Shown here piece by piece: positions 37,880 through 51,900 of a DNA stretch of 64,000 bases. Origin of the DNA: the human T2T-CHM13v2.0 reference genome, Homo sapiens. Where the stretch lies: the NCBI RefSeq assembly GCF_009914755.1, contig NC_060928.1; one strand, given 5' to 3'. The notes under the pieces were generated by a model that was not told the origin of the DNA, did no database searches, and saw only the letters and a list, made by a program, of their open reading frames with translations. How positions within the stretch are numbered: position 1 is the first letter of the stretch; every line of letters starts with the position of its first letter. The position numbers were made by a program, and so were the translations under genes.

Positions 37880-39110
37880 CCTTGTCATATATGTTCTACC
37901 CCTGCCACTTTTCTAGAACTGCTGCTTTGTAATGATAAAATATAGTTACAGTCTTAGACATCTCATCATTTGACCTCACTCCGATATTCCTTGTTGGAAC
38001 CATTTCTTTCCTTCGTAAACTCACTTCTCTTTGAATCCTCATTGTTGATACCTCACTGTAAGTCTCCCCTTCGGTTCTATTTGAACTCGCTTTCCTTATC
38101 TTCTCTAAATTCTCTCCCTCTGAAATTGCATTCCAGTGTGTTATTTGACATCTTCCATATCGTCAGATCCCCATCGGCTTCTCTGCCAAGCAGACATCCT
38201 CTATTTCTAATGGATACTGATCATCCCCTCCTAAATGTCCCGAGGGCATCCTTAAGCAACATACCCCCAAATCAAGTTCATCCTTTTTTTTTTACACCCA
38301 GAATAGCTACTGTGACTAATCTCTATTTCCATGAATGTCATAAAAGATCTGTTATAAAAGATTGAACCCTGGGAGTTATCAATAGCTCCTCCTGTTCTCT
38401 TAGTCTACCCGGGTGACAGAGAGACAAGCTCTGGAAATGCTGCCATATCTCTGGAATATGTGCCACCCCTTTATCCCTTCTGCCTCAATCCAGTTCAGAC
38501 AATTATTACCTCTTCTATGGATTATTCCAGCAACTTTATAATAGATCCTTTTCTATAAGCTATCCATTCTCCCAACTGTCCTAATTAACACTAATACTTT
38601 AACTCAGGGCAGCACAAATAATTAGAATCACTTCCACCAATCTCTAAACTATCTTCTAATCTCTGGACATAAGCATTTTCTAGTACTATCTTAAAATTTT
38701 CTCACACCCATGCTCTACATTTATGCTAAATTGAACTATTCATTGAACCTCAAAAATACGATCTGCCCTGTGTCTACTTTACTCATGCTGTTTGCTCCAC
38801 TACATAAGTCATACGCCTTATCCTGCCCATCAAATATTACTCATCTTTCAAGGGTTAACTTACTTGCCACTTCTATTATAAAGCCTTTTAAATGTCCACA
38901 GTCTAATAGTGTGTAGTCATTTTTTGAAGTGCCTTGAGATTTAATATACTTGTGTTACAATCCTACCACATATTGGAGCTCAGTATATAAGTAAAGTTCA
39001 TTATTTACTCAACTGCATTTGTATTCCTCAAATTTGAAACTTACATTATTCCATTTTGTATGGTTAGAAGTGCCTGGAACAAATGCCATTTGTTAAGTCA
39101 TTATTAAGTG
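37880..39110 (+). mobile_element. L2 degenerate long fragment
   Basis: Pyrimidine-rich L2 motifs (cccctgccacttttctagaactgct, ctctatttccatgaatg, attattacctcttctatggattattccagcaac, agtgcctggaaca). Confidence 0.65.
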
Positions 39111-39432
39111 AAAGAGAAAAATGTCTGACACAAATAACTCAGTAACTACAATTTTGATAGTTATTTTCAGTTTTTAGTTATATACTAATAATTCTAGAGT
39201 TTTAAAATTTATGATTAACTTTTGAACTTAAAAAACCAAGTGTACTAATGTCATGATAAATGGAACAATTGTCTTAGATATGAGCCATTTCATTTAGACA
39301 TTTAATTATGTCCTATTTCTCTGGCTAAATACATTGAAAGTTATAAGCTGTTCATGTAGAAGGCATGTAATAAATGTATAGGATAACAATATGGGCAATA
39401 GTCACCCTCCAGACTCTTAAAAATTCCCACCT

Positions 39433-39703
39433 GGCCGGGCGCCGTGGCTCACACCTGTAATCCCAGTACTTTGGGACGCCAAGGCGGGCGGATCATGAGG
39501 TCAGGAGATCGAGACCATCCTGGTTAACACGGTGAAACCCTGTCTCTACTAAAAATACAAAAAAATTAGCCTGTAATCCCAGCTACTCAGGAGGCTGAGG
39601 CAGGAGAATCGCTTGAACCTGGGAGGTGGAGGTTGCAGTGAGCCAAGATCGCCACTGCACTCCAACCTGAGTGACAGAGCAAACCTCAAAAAAAACAAAA
39701 AAA
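39433..39703 (+). mobile_element. AluSc8/Y-like with a right-arm 5' deletion
   Basis: gagatcgagaccatcctggttaacacggtg; aaattagcc joined directly to tgtaatcccagctac. Confidence 0.9.
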
Positions 39704-39826
39704 GTACCACCAACTCTTGGCCCAGATGGCTACACTTGTCCTTTCTGGAGACAAGATGGAATATTGGCTTGAATGGATCTTTAGGTTTTTTCTAAGCTCT
39801 AGAGTTCCATAGAAAAGTATTAATTG

Positions 39827-40491
<665 letters not shown>

Positions 40492-40694
40492 TTAAGTAAA
40501 TTACTCATAATGAGAATGGAAATTGTTATTTAAACATTAAAATTTTATTCATTGTTGCGCATGTGAAAAAAACAGTAGCTAAACAATATACTTGCATGTC
40601 TAACATGTGGCCCACAGCATGCTAAAAATGTCTGGCCATTTTTTTACAAGTAAATTAAAAAATACTTGACAATATACTTTGATAAAAAATAAGA

Positions 40695-40918
40695 CTCCAT
40701 AACTATATTATTTCTCAAGAATGCAGTATACAATAATATACTGCATTCTTGAGAAATGCCAAGATAGTATATATTGAGTGCTCTTTCCACAAAAATAATA
40801 TGTGGGATGATGCATTTGTTAGCTAGCTAGATTTCATCATTCATTTATACATATGCATCAGAAATTATGTTGTACATGACAAATACATATGTCAATTTAA
40901 AACATAAATTTGAAAAAA
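40695..40918 (+). mobile_element. L1MA (MA5-like) 3' end
   Basis: tgagtgctctttccacaaaaataatatgtgggatgatgcatttgttagctagctagattt...atgttgtacatgacaaatacata. Confidence 0.8.
40710..40757. repeat. Perfect 21-bp inverted repeat with a 6-nt loop
   Basis: atttctcaagaatgcagtata-caataa-tatactgcattcttgagaaat. Confidence 0.97.
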
Positions 40919-41111
40919 GTAGTTGGGGACATGACAAAAAGTAAACGTATGATTGAATTAGTGTTTCACTTTCAATTTATTTCTTTGATGTTATGAAGAT
41001 ACAGTCAAAAGCTGAGATATATTACCTACATTATATTGTGAATATGTTATATATTGCTGGAGACTGTCAAATAGAACCAGAGCCAGATGCTAGTTAAAGG
41101 CAGTAAATACA

Positions 41112-41640
41112 ATAATATTTGTTCTGTGGCTGTTAGATGAAATGCTCTACCTTTGTCTCTTAGGTCCATTTGGTTTAAAGTAGGGTTCAAGTCCAGTGTT
41201 TCCTTATTGATTTTCTGTTTGGATGATCTATCTATTGTTGAAAGTAAGGTATTAAAGGCCACTACTATAACTGTATTCCTGTCTATCTTTCAGATATTTT
41301 AACATTTGCTTTATATATTGAGGTGCTCCAATGTTGGGTGCATATATACTTACAATTGTTACATATCCCTGATGAATTGACCCCTTTATCATTATATAAT
41401 GAGTTTGTCTCTTTCTATAGTTTTAGACTTCAAGTATATTTTGTCTGATATAAGTGTAGTTACCCTAGCTTTCTTTTAGTTTCCATTTGCATGATTTTTT
41501 TTTATCCCTTCACTTTCAGTCTATGTTTGTTCTTCAAGCTGAGGTGGGTCTCTTTAAGCAGCATATAATTGAGTTTTATTTTATCCATTCAGCCACTTTA
41601 TGTCTTTTGATTGAAAGATTTAATCCACTTACATTTATCT
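41112..41640 (-). mobile_element. L1 ORF2 endonuclease-domain fragment (inverted)
   Basis: Translation FNTLLSTIDRSSKQKINKETLDLNPTLNQMDL matches the L1 APE domain; the right end encodes the LNVNGLN-like ORF2 start. Confidence 0.9.
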
Positions 41641-41765
41641 TGATTGTAGTAATCATTTCACAATTATATGTATATCAGAACACCATATTTTATACCTTGA
41701 ATATGTACAATTTTATTTGTCAATTATACCTCAATAAAGCTGAAAAATACAATAAGTAAATAAAT
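41641..41765 (+). mobile_element. L1MA/MB terminal 3'UTR with poly(A) signal
   Basis: gattgtagtaatcatttcacaat...tttatttgtcaattatacctcaataaagctgaaaaa. Confidence 0.85.
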
Positions 41766-41784
41766 AAAGCAGTAAAGATATATT

Positions 41785-41947
41785 TTATTTAGTAACTCTT
41801 GTAAACAGAGAAAAGAGACATCAGTATAGAAGGAAGCTCAATTCTGAATACAACAGGAACAAGTAGGAATTTATAGCCAAGGAGCAGGGACTAGAGGGTG
41901 GTAGTGGTAAATGAAAAATTAGCGAGAGACTTCAAGGGTAGGATAAT
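41785..41947 (-). mobile_element. MER76-like ERVL LTR fragment
   Basis: gctcaattctgaatacaacaggaacaagtaggaatttatagccaaggagcaggg...gagacttcaagggtagg. Confidence 0.7.
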
Positions 41948-41949
41948 CT

Positions 41950-44725
41950 AACACAATCACATGGAATTTATTCCAGAAATGCAAGGATGTTTTAACATAA
42001 ATAAATAAATCACATCAATAGAATAAAAAACAAATACCATATAATCATCTCAATAGACACAGAAAAAGCATATGAAAAAAGTCAGTATCATTTCATGATA
42101 AAAGTGCTCAAGAATTAGGCATAGAAAAAACACTCCTCAACATAATAAATGCCATATATAACAAACCCACAGCTAACATCACACAGAATGGGGAAAAGCC
42201 AAAAGCCTTTCCTCTAAGAACTGGAACAAGACAAGGATGCCCACTTTGAGCACTTGCATTCAGCATACACTGGAAGTTCTAGCCAGAGCAATTAAGCAAG
42301 AGAAAAAAATCCACATTGGAAAAGAAAAAGTCAAATTGTCCTTCTTTGTAAATAATATGAGCTTACAGATAGAAAAACCTAAAGTTTGCACTACAGAACT
42401 CTTAGAATTTATATACTACTGTATCTTGCAACAGTAAAATTGTGGGATAAAAAATCAACTTAAAAAATTATTAGTGTTTCTATTCACCAAAAATGGACTA
42501 ACTGAACAAGGAATAAAGAAAATAATCCCATTTACAATAGCTACAAAAAATGTCTAAAATAGGTAAAAATAAATTTAATCAAAGATACAAAATAACACTA
42601 TAACATAAACTACAAAACACTGATGAAAGAAATTGAATAGAACACAAACAAATGGAAAGACACACCAAATTCAGTGGAATAATTAATATTGTTAAAATGA
42701 CCGTACTACCCAAAGCAATCTAAAATTCAATGCAATTCCTATCAAACTACCAACTACATTTTTCATGGAAATAGAAAAAGAAATAGTTCTAAAATTTATA
42801 TGGGACTACAAAAAACTTGAATAGCTAAAGCAATACTGATCAAAAAGAACGAAACCAGAGGCATCCCACTACCTGCCTTCAAAATATATTAAAAAGCCAC
42901 AGTCACCAAAAGAGCATGGTATTCCTATAAAAACAGACAATAGAGAATGAAACACAATAGAGAATCTAGAAAAAAACCACACATTTAGAGCCAGCTGATT
43001 TTTGAAAAGGTGCCAAAGCGTACATTAAATGGAGCTGGGAAAACTGAATATCCACATGCACAAGAATGAGACTGGACTCTCCTGTCTTTCACTATATAAA
43101 AAAATTAACCCAAAATGGATTAAAGACATGAATGTAAGCCCCCAAATTATGAAGCTACTAGAAGAAAACTCGGAAAGCATTTTAGAATATTAGCCTAGGC
43201 AAAGACTTTATAGTGAAGACATCAAAGCCATTGGCAAAAAGAAAAAGAGAGACAGAGAGAGAGAAATGGAACTATATTGTATGGAAAACCTTCTCTACAG
43301 CAAAGGAAACAATTAACAGAATGAAGAAACAACCTATTGAATGAGAGAAAATATTTGAAAATTATTCGTCCAACCAGGGACCACTATCCAGAATATACAA
43401 TAAACTCAAACAACTAAACAGCAAAAAAAATGACAACAGGCAATTCCATTAAAAAAGAATTCTCAAAAGAGGACATACAAATGACCAACATACATGAAAA
43501 AATACTCAACAACACTAATAATCAGATGAATGCAAATCAAAACCATAATGAGATATCATCTTATCACAGTTAGAATGGCTATTATCAAAAAGACAAAGAA
43601 AATGTTGGCTAAGATGCAGAAAAAGAAAACTCTTAATACACTGTGAGAATATAAATTATTGCAGCCATTATGAAAAACAGTATGGAGGCCTCTCAAAAAA
43701 CTAAAAATAGAACAACCATGCATTCCAGCAATCCTACAGTGGGTATTTATCCAGAGGAAAGGAAATCAGTATTTTAAAGGAATACCAGCCAGATGCAGTG
43801 GCTCATGCCTGTAATCCCAGCACTTTGGGAGGCTGAAGCAGGTGGATCACCTGAGGTCAGGAGTTTGGGACCAACCTGACCAATATGGTGAAGACCTGTC
43901 TGTACTAAAATACAAAAATTAGCTGGGCGAGGTGGTGTGCGCCTATAGTCCCAGCTACTCAGGAGGCTAAGACAGGAGAATTGCTTGAAATTGGGAGGCG
44001 GAGGTTGCAGTGAGTGAGTGAGATTGTGCCACTGCATTCCAGGCTGAGCAACAGAGTGAGACTCCATCTCAAAAAAAAAAAAAACAATAGTACATAAAGA
44101 AATAAAAGGAATATCTATAGGTCCATGTTTATTGCAGCACTATTCACAATAGCTAAGATATATCCATCCACAGATGAATGGATAAAGAAAATGTGGTGTA
44201 GATGCATAGTGGAATACTATTCTGCCATAAAAAATAATAAAATCCTGTTATTTGTGCAACATGGATGAGCCTAGAGGACAATATGTTAAGTGAAATAAGT
44301 CACGTACAGAAAGAAAAATACCTTATGTTCTCACTCATGTGGGAGCCAAAATGATTTTTTTAAGCTCATGGAAATAGAAAGTAGAATTCTAGTTATTAGA
44401 GGCTGGTAAGTGTAGGAGGGAAAGGAAGACAGAGAGAGGTTGATTAAGGGATACAAAATTATAGCTAGATAGAGAGAATGAGTTTTTGTGTTTTGCAGCA
44501 CTGTAGCATGAATATGGTTAGCTATAATTTATTGTATACTTTCAAAAAGCTGGAGGAGGATTTTGAATGTTCACAACAACAAAGAAATGATGAAGGTTTG
44601 AGGCAAAACATATGCTAGTTACTGTGATTTGATTATTATATATTGTATGCACAGATCAAAATATCACTCTATCTCCCATAAATATGTAGAATTATTACTT
44701 GTCAACTAAAAAAGAAAAAGAAAAG
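41950..44725 (+). mobile_element. 5'-truncated L1MA4/L1MA4A (RT to 3'UTR), interrupted by an Alu
   Basis: ORF2 motifs ([22 protein letters not shown], cctctaagaactggaacaagacaaggatgccc); 3'UTR gagctcatgg-like...tgtcaactaaaaaag. Confidence 0.92.
43787..44104 (+). mobile_element. AluSx-like
   Basis: Full Alu; TSD aaaggaatacc / aaaggaatatc. Confidence 0.95.
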
Positions 44726-44875
44726 CCAGAGGACAGTGCTACAGGACTCCTTTAGATGGTTGTTCCCTCTGAAGATAATCAGAGATGAGCATCATGCCTC
44801 CAAATTTTAAATGCCAGATCATGATATTTTATGAAGAAAAACAAAAGAAGCAATATATTTAGATAACATTTCACC

Positions 44876-45365
44876 TTTATTAGTTTTCTATTGTTGCTGG
44901 AGCAAATTACCACAAATTTAGCAGCATAAAACAACACAAATTTCTCATCCCAAGTTTTGTGTGTCAGAAGTCTGACCCAGGACTCACTAGGATCACATCA
45001 AGGTGTCATGAGGGCTACATTCTTTTCTGGGCATTCTAGGGGAGAATCTATTTATTTGTGTTTTCTAACTTTTTAGAGGCAGGGTTGGCTCATAGTCTAC
45101 CTTCCTCCACCTTGAAAGCCAGAATTAATAATTGGAGTCTCAGGTTACCTTAGTCTAATTTACTTTGACCATCACATCTTTTTCTCTGATTCTTCTCCTT
45201 GCCTCTCTTTATCACTTTTGAGAACCTGGTAATTATATTGAGGACACTCAGATAATCCAGCTGATGAGCTGCTTTAATTATCTTTTGCCTTGTAATATAA
45301 CATATTCTCAGACTGTTAGCATTAGGATTTGTATATCTTTTCAGGCCATTATTCTGCCTACCACC
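44876..45365 (-). mobile_element. MLT1D-like MaLR LTR
   Basis: tattagttttctattgttgctggagcaaattaccacaaatttagc...ggccattattctgcctaccac. Confidence 0.85.
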
Positions 45366-45611
45366 CAACAATTGGCACAGAATCTAAATGTATATAAGCA
45401 TACACAAAATGCAATATGTAAAATTTAGAAATTATTTTTATAAGGAAAATGAACAAGACTTACATGTTTTCCCACAAAGAACTGCGTATCTCATTTGCTG
45501 TATTTCCTTATACACAGAAAAATAACTAAAAGTAACTAAAAGATAAGCCATCTCTCAGATCTGACAATCTCATGACAAAAAGCAATTCAGGAGAAAATGA
45601 TATCTACTTCA

Positions 45612-45959
<348 letters not shown>

Positions 45960-47139
45960 TTAATTACCGCAATCTTTTTTGTTTTCTGCTTCAACCCTAA
46001 ATCCAGTTTAAGAAATCCACTAACTGATAGTTCTCATCTTTGAGGAAAGTTATTCTTGGCAATTTTTTTGCACTTTTCACATATGTAGGACCCACCCTCA
46101 GGTTAATCTCACATCAACCTGTCCATAAACTCTTGGGCCCATACCTTGTATTACAGGTAGCAATGTTCTGTGACTTGGTTTGAGCCTTCCAGTAGGAAAC
46201 TCTCTGCTTTGCTTCTTCAGTGGAGATCCCTAACACTTCATAGCAAGCACTGCTTTGTCTTTGACTGAGGATGACAATGTCTACCTCAATTAAATGAAGT
46301 AATTCACTAAAAATGCTGAGGACAGAACATGTTATACAGAAAACATGTGATATGCGATGCTTATATTTAATATTCTTTTCTTCTTATTCCTCTTTGAACT
46401 CAGGGTGCACTTGTTATGTCTGGCATTTGACGCTCAACTTCGTCTGATCAACTTTATCTTGGACTGGCTCCTACCTTTTGCAGTTCTGAACTGCCTTGGT
46501 TGTTAGGGCCCTTGGGAACCCCAACTTTGGCATTCTTTTCTTGCCTCTTATCCCAGCTGGTTTATATTCCCCACCCTTTCTTCATGGGGCATGGGAGGAT
46601 TCAGAACTATTTGGAGTTCAGCTGCTTCATAAACTACATAGCATTTCAATTTATTCAATTTTTTATGAATAATTTGTGGAGACAAAGGAAAGAAGGGCAT
46701 TTGTATTACTTAGGGGGCTTAGGAGTGTCTGTGTTGCTGGCGGTTACATTGCATTCAGGGAGAGTCAGCTCTGCTCTGGTATGTCTGCCAGATCTGGACA
46801 AAAGATGCCTGTCATTCCCATCCAGACGAAAGAACATCAATATCAACAATAGGTGCAGATTTGGAGTTATCTGAAGCCAGGGCATTCTGTCTTTTCAGCC
46901 AAGTTTGAGGTGAACAGAGGGTGTCTACTATGCCAAACATGTGGGACACACAAGCATTCTTTACAAGTCCCATCTCCAACCTGCTGCAATCTGCCCTCAG
47001 TCTGAACTTTAGACCAGAGCTATGCAGAAGAGTTCCTGTGCAAGCTCCTGTTACACTTCTTGGCATCACCAGCCAAACACTGAGCATAGAGCAGTGGGCA
47101 ATGTTCAGAGGCTTTTTCTAGGTTCCAAAGGGAAAGGTT

Positions 47140-47345
47140 TATGGTTAGGAGCACTTGATTCTCTCAAATCCTGATCCTGCCAATTAAAAAGAGGAGTGAC
47201 CTCTGGAAAACTGCATGCCCCAGTTTTCTCCTCTGAAAAACAGAATTTTTTGGGTTGCTCCTTTTAGGATTGTTGTGAGGAATAAGTTACATAAGTCACG
47301 CAAAATACCTAGGACAGTTCCCAGCACATAGCGGGAGCCTCCTAT
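47140..47345 (+). mobile_element. MIR
   Basis: tggttaggagcac...tcaaatcctgatcctgcc...cccagttttctcctctgaaaaa...ggattgttgtgagga. Confidence 0.8.
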
Positions 47346-47640
47346 ATGGCAGCTGCCACTCCTTATTCAGTGAAAACCTTTGTGATCCTACTCGAAAGAA
47401 TCCAGAGTTCCTTTGTCCAGACAAAATGGGTGGGAGTAAAGGGAGCTGCACAGTGTTTCTGGAGACCTCATTCTCTCTATGCTAGTTTCTTTCTTCAAAT
47501 TACTATTTAGGCCTCAGTAGTCTTTCTTCACATGACCCCAAGAAATTATCTGAAATTCATTTGCACTATCATGAAACGATTACTAGAAACTTTAATCAGA
47601 CCTCTACAAACTTTAAAGGGAAAAAATATTCTAATGGGAA

Positions 47641-47900
47641 ATTCATGCATTCATTCATTTATCCATTCATCAAACCTGTCTTAACACCAACCCATAACCA
47701 GGCACCCTGCTAGGTACTCCCTGATATAGGAAAGATTAAGGTAAGTTCTTTTTAAGGTTCATGGGGATCTCATACCTATAACCAGAAATCTGTTTTAAGA
47801 TGACTGCTACAATGACTTATTCATAAAAAAGCTTTAATTGTATAGAGACAGGAGGGCCTTCTTTTACTTCTAGGGAAAGAAAAAAAAATGATTTGAAGGG
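47641..47900 (-). mobile_element. L2 3' fragment
   Basis: attcatgcattcattcatttatccattcatcaaac...ccaggcaccctgctaggtact. Confidence 0.7.
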
Positions 47901-48149
47901 GAAAATTTATATATTCGAAGGAATATGAAATCAGATCATGTGGGTGGCCACTTACTTGCCTATGTGTTGTGCTTACGACTTCTGTTTATGTTAAGATTGA
48001 CTTTGGGTCTGTTGTAGCTGGCAGGAGCACCAATACACATTATCCTCCAAATAGGTACAATCAATTGCAATGCTTTCTCAAGAATCGGGATATGTTTGAG
48101 ATATAAAATGTGTTTTAAATTTGTAATTTAATAAATATTCCATAAGTGA

Positions 48150-48310
48150 TGTCCTTGCATCTTTTGAATATAATTGTGATATTGGTATTATCATTTCCAT
48201 TTTACAGATCAAGATTCTATGCAGTTAACTTTGTATCCAAGGATCTATAGCCAAGAAATTTGGAGCTCAGTTTCAAACGCAAGTATTCTGGGTCCAAATT
48301 TTCTGCCTTT
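48150..48310 (-). mobile_element. MIR
   Basis: ggtattatcatttccattttacagatcaaga...ccaaggatctatagc...tttcaaacgcaagtattctgggtcc. Confidence 0.7.
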
Positions 48311-49774
48311 TCCCTTAAAACAACTGAATTTTATTTTATTGGGAAACAGAAATACAGAATTCAAGAGTTATTAGATATTATAAAATCTAACACTCTAAGT
48401 TAACATACAAGGAGACATAGCGTTTCAATGACAAATGTCATACATAAAACTGCTTCATATCAGAGGCAGAAAGAGAGCTTGCTTTTCCTGTAGTTTCTGT
48501 AACACAGAGCTGTCCAGCTCATTCTATGTATGAAATTGATATATAATCAAGACAGATTTCCCATCCCATAAATTTTATGCCACTTGATTGTGTCTTTGTT
48601 ATTTGTTAGCAGCAGTTTATGTGAGAGAATATTTTGGAGCCAATTCAAATCTGCCATTAATTATTTCACTGAATATTAAGAAAATTGAGATTATAGTATT
48701 TAGCTAGGAGATATGAACATGTTTTTTTCTCTTGTTGTCTAAATCATAAATACCCTCATTTAATCATCTTCATTTAAAAGGGGGATTTGGACTAGAAACT
48801 ATAATTGGAAGCCTGTGGCCCAGGAGAGCTTAGCCTATTTATTAAAAGTATCACTGCGTATTCAGAGTTATAAAACTGAGTTCTAAGGAGGCCTAATATT
48901 CTGCAGCTGGGAGTGGAAGGGCAAAAGGTGAATTGTATTTTTTAAGCCTGTCACTTTGAAAACTCCCTGCTTCAAAACTCAATGCATTTCCAGGATTGTC
49001 GACTTCACAGCAGCAGTGAAGCGGGAGATGCAAAGGCATCTTTGGAAGCAGCTACATGTAGAAGTGCTTAATATCTCCCCAGGCTTGTGAGAACTTGTTT
49101 ATCTGGCAGGTATTTCCAAGCACTCTCTGTTCTTTGGACAATGGAGTTGGCAATCTGGAGACTGTAACTTCATAATAGAGAGGCTTTAGGGAGAGAAGCT
49201 TCCATTTAAATTCATTTAAATGGATAAGTATTAGATAACTTCCCTGAAAAAATGTTAACATAGTTATTAAATATATTCAGGTTCCATTCTGATCTCATTC
49301 TCTGAACAATTGAACCCCTTTTCACTGGGCATTATGCTGCAATTTTATGGTAGGTTAAATGATACCAAGTGCATTGAAGTTATTCTTAAAATGCCTCTCA
49401 GTATTTCTTATATAGTACTGAATAGTTCATCGATGAATAAAATCTCTATTTTCCAGCCATTTTTGAAATAGCACATGGCACATAACTGAAAAAGCCCACG
49501 TGGCTAACCTATATTCTGGGTACCATTACATCACAATTGAATTCTGTTGTGATTTTAGTCAAAGCCCTTAACTTCATAAATATATCACAAAAAGCCTGTA
49601 TCAAGGCCATTGGTCATTGCTGCTTGCAAGAAATAGAGACACATGTGAAGTAGGAAAAAAAGGCTTGTTTAGTGACAATAGAGAAGACAATAACAATACA
49701 AAATTATTTTAGATTTAGCTGGGCTTCATGGAGATTGATTCAATTGAGGATTTAAAGGTCTGAAAATGAAATCA

Positions 49775-50250
49775 TTTATGAATTAAGATGCTTATAACCA
49801 CACAGAAATTATATGCCCAAGTACTATGGCTAGAATAAATAAGGATATTTTTTATCTAACATACCAAAAAATTTAATGATACTTCAGTTGTATATATGTT
49901 AATTCAAAACTTAACACAATCACCAGAGACCAAGTCTTTTTTCCTGTTTCAGTCTACTATCTTCAATGTGCTGTCTGTGGTCCTTTGGTTTATCACCTCC
50001 TGGTTACAAGATGGTTGCTGTAGCGCCATAACACTATGTCTTTACTTAGCACCATCCAAGGGTAAAAAGTGCATTTTTTTTCTTGTCTCTCTTTTTAACC
50101 AGAAGGGAACCATTCCCAGAAGTCCTCCGTAGGTCATAAACCCACTCTTTAGCTATAAAGGAAGCTGAAGAAATATGTATCTGGCATCATTAGCCTATAT
50201 AATAAGAAATTCCTCTGCCAGAATGGGGAAATATTTGGGAGATATATACT
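49775..50250 (-). mobile_element. MLT1K/L-like MaLR LTR
   Basis: caatcaccagagaccaagtc...tggttacaagatggttgctgtagc...ttcccagaagtcc...agctataaaggaagctgaagaaat. Confidence 0.65.
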
Positions 50251-50603
50251 TGGAAAATCACGAGCCAAGTCAGCCATTGCTTTTCCCTTTCTCAGAGCCC
50301 AGATTGATATTATCTGTTGTTCTTTCTGTTTCCACTAACTTTTGATCAGTTTGTTGTGCTTACTGAGCCGGTGGCTGTAAAATGTGTATCTGCCGTAGAT
50401 CCTTCATGAACTACCCAGACTTAACATTTGTCTCATTAAAATTGGTTGAGGAGGGAGTAAAGGCTGGTGTCACATAGTCCACTTTGAATTCAGCAGGAGT
50501 TGTGGATGCTAAACATGTCTAGAATTCTATGAATGTATTTTCCCAAGACACACACAGATGCACTTTCTCTTCTAGTTTGCTGGTGTTTTTATAGTATATG
50601 ATT

Positions 50604-51202
50604 CTGGTTCTCAACCACTTCATTTGCTTATTTATTAAATTCAGCCTCAGTCAAAATAACCCTTATCCTACTAACCAAATATCCTTTTTTTCTAGATATA
50701 AATACCTTTAAATTTATAACTAAATAATGAATATGAGTGTACTTTAAAGTTAAAAAAAGCTACAATTGTAAATTATTTTAATTGCAAAATTAAAATACCT
50801 AATTCAATCATCCTAAAAATATTCTACAATAAAATACAAACTCAAATATATATTTTTATAATATATGGTATGGTAACACAAAATATAGAAGATATGCTGC
50901 TTCTGCATTGTTTAAAATATAGAGGTTAGTTATTACTGAGCAAGCACCAATGTCTATTATATTTATTGGTCATCGTCTAATAATTCAGCCTGATCTGCAT
51001 TGGTAATATACTAAAAAAGTAACCACAGTAATGGACTTCTTATATTGCATACTTAGAGTTGTATTTCAAGACACTAGGGAGAAATATATTAATTTATTCC
51101 TGTTTGAAGTCTCTGAATACCTGTGTGATTCATTGTTAAATTTAAATAGCTTCACTCCGATATGGTTGTCATCAGCTACACCTCACTTTTGTAGAAACCA
51201 TG
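50604..51202. mobile_element. Possible old hAT-Charlie element
   Basis: Charlie-like ends ctggttctcaacc ... cacttttgtagaaaccatg around an AT-rich interior. Confidence 0.3.
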
Positions 51203-51789
51203 ACCCCTCTAATAACAATTCTTAGAGAATATAATCGTGGAAATGTGAAATTAAAATTCTGAAATCTATTAAAATCTGTTCTTAGATGAAGTCAGTAAAC
51301 ACCTCAATATCTAGAACTGTGTCCTAACTATTTGTACCTCCAGAACCTAGCACATTACATTCAATTTTTATTGTTGAAATGAACCAAAACAGTCTATGAT
51401 TTATACATTAAATCTGCAACTAAGGACCTCTGGCATGATCCAGTGCTAGTCTGTGTTTCGGGTACAAATAGTAAAATAATGTTTCTGCTCTCAATGATCT
51501 TTCAACTTGGGTGAAATGATGCATTATAGAAAAATAAAAATATGGCAAACATATTAAGGCTGTCTGTGAGAAGAACCAAATTTGTGACACATAAACACTA
51601 AGAATTGAAGATAAATTATTTCTTGTTTTCTGAAGGACCTGGACAGATATAAGAATTCAGTTTGTCTCTTTTCTAGGCCAAAGGAAATTGTAGTGGGAAA
51701 TTCCAAGGGTAGCAGAGTTATGCAAAGTCACAGAAAAAAGAAATAATAGCAGAAGTAGGTATTATAATTTTGAACTTCCCTTTTATTCC

Positions 51790-51900
51790 TATATCTATCT
51801 TCTATCTATCCATGCATCTATTCTTAGTTATCATCCTTTATATCTAACTATGATCTATGTATCTGTCAACTTTATCTGCTATCTATCAGTTTATCTTCCT
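51790..51900. repeat. Degenerate (TATC)n low-complexity tract
   Basis: Repeated tatc/tcta motifs. Confidence 0.6.

Noticed and set aside
41047-41262. Endonuclease-like peptide
   Set aside because: It is a decayed L1 ORF2 fragment with stops and frameshifts, not an independent nuclease gene.
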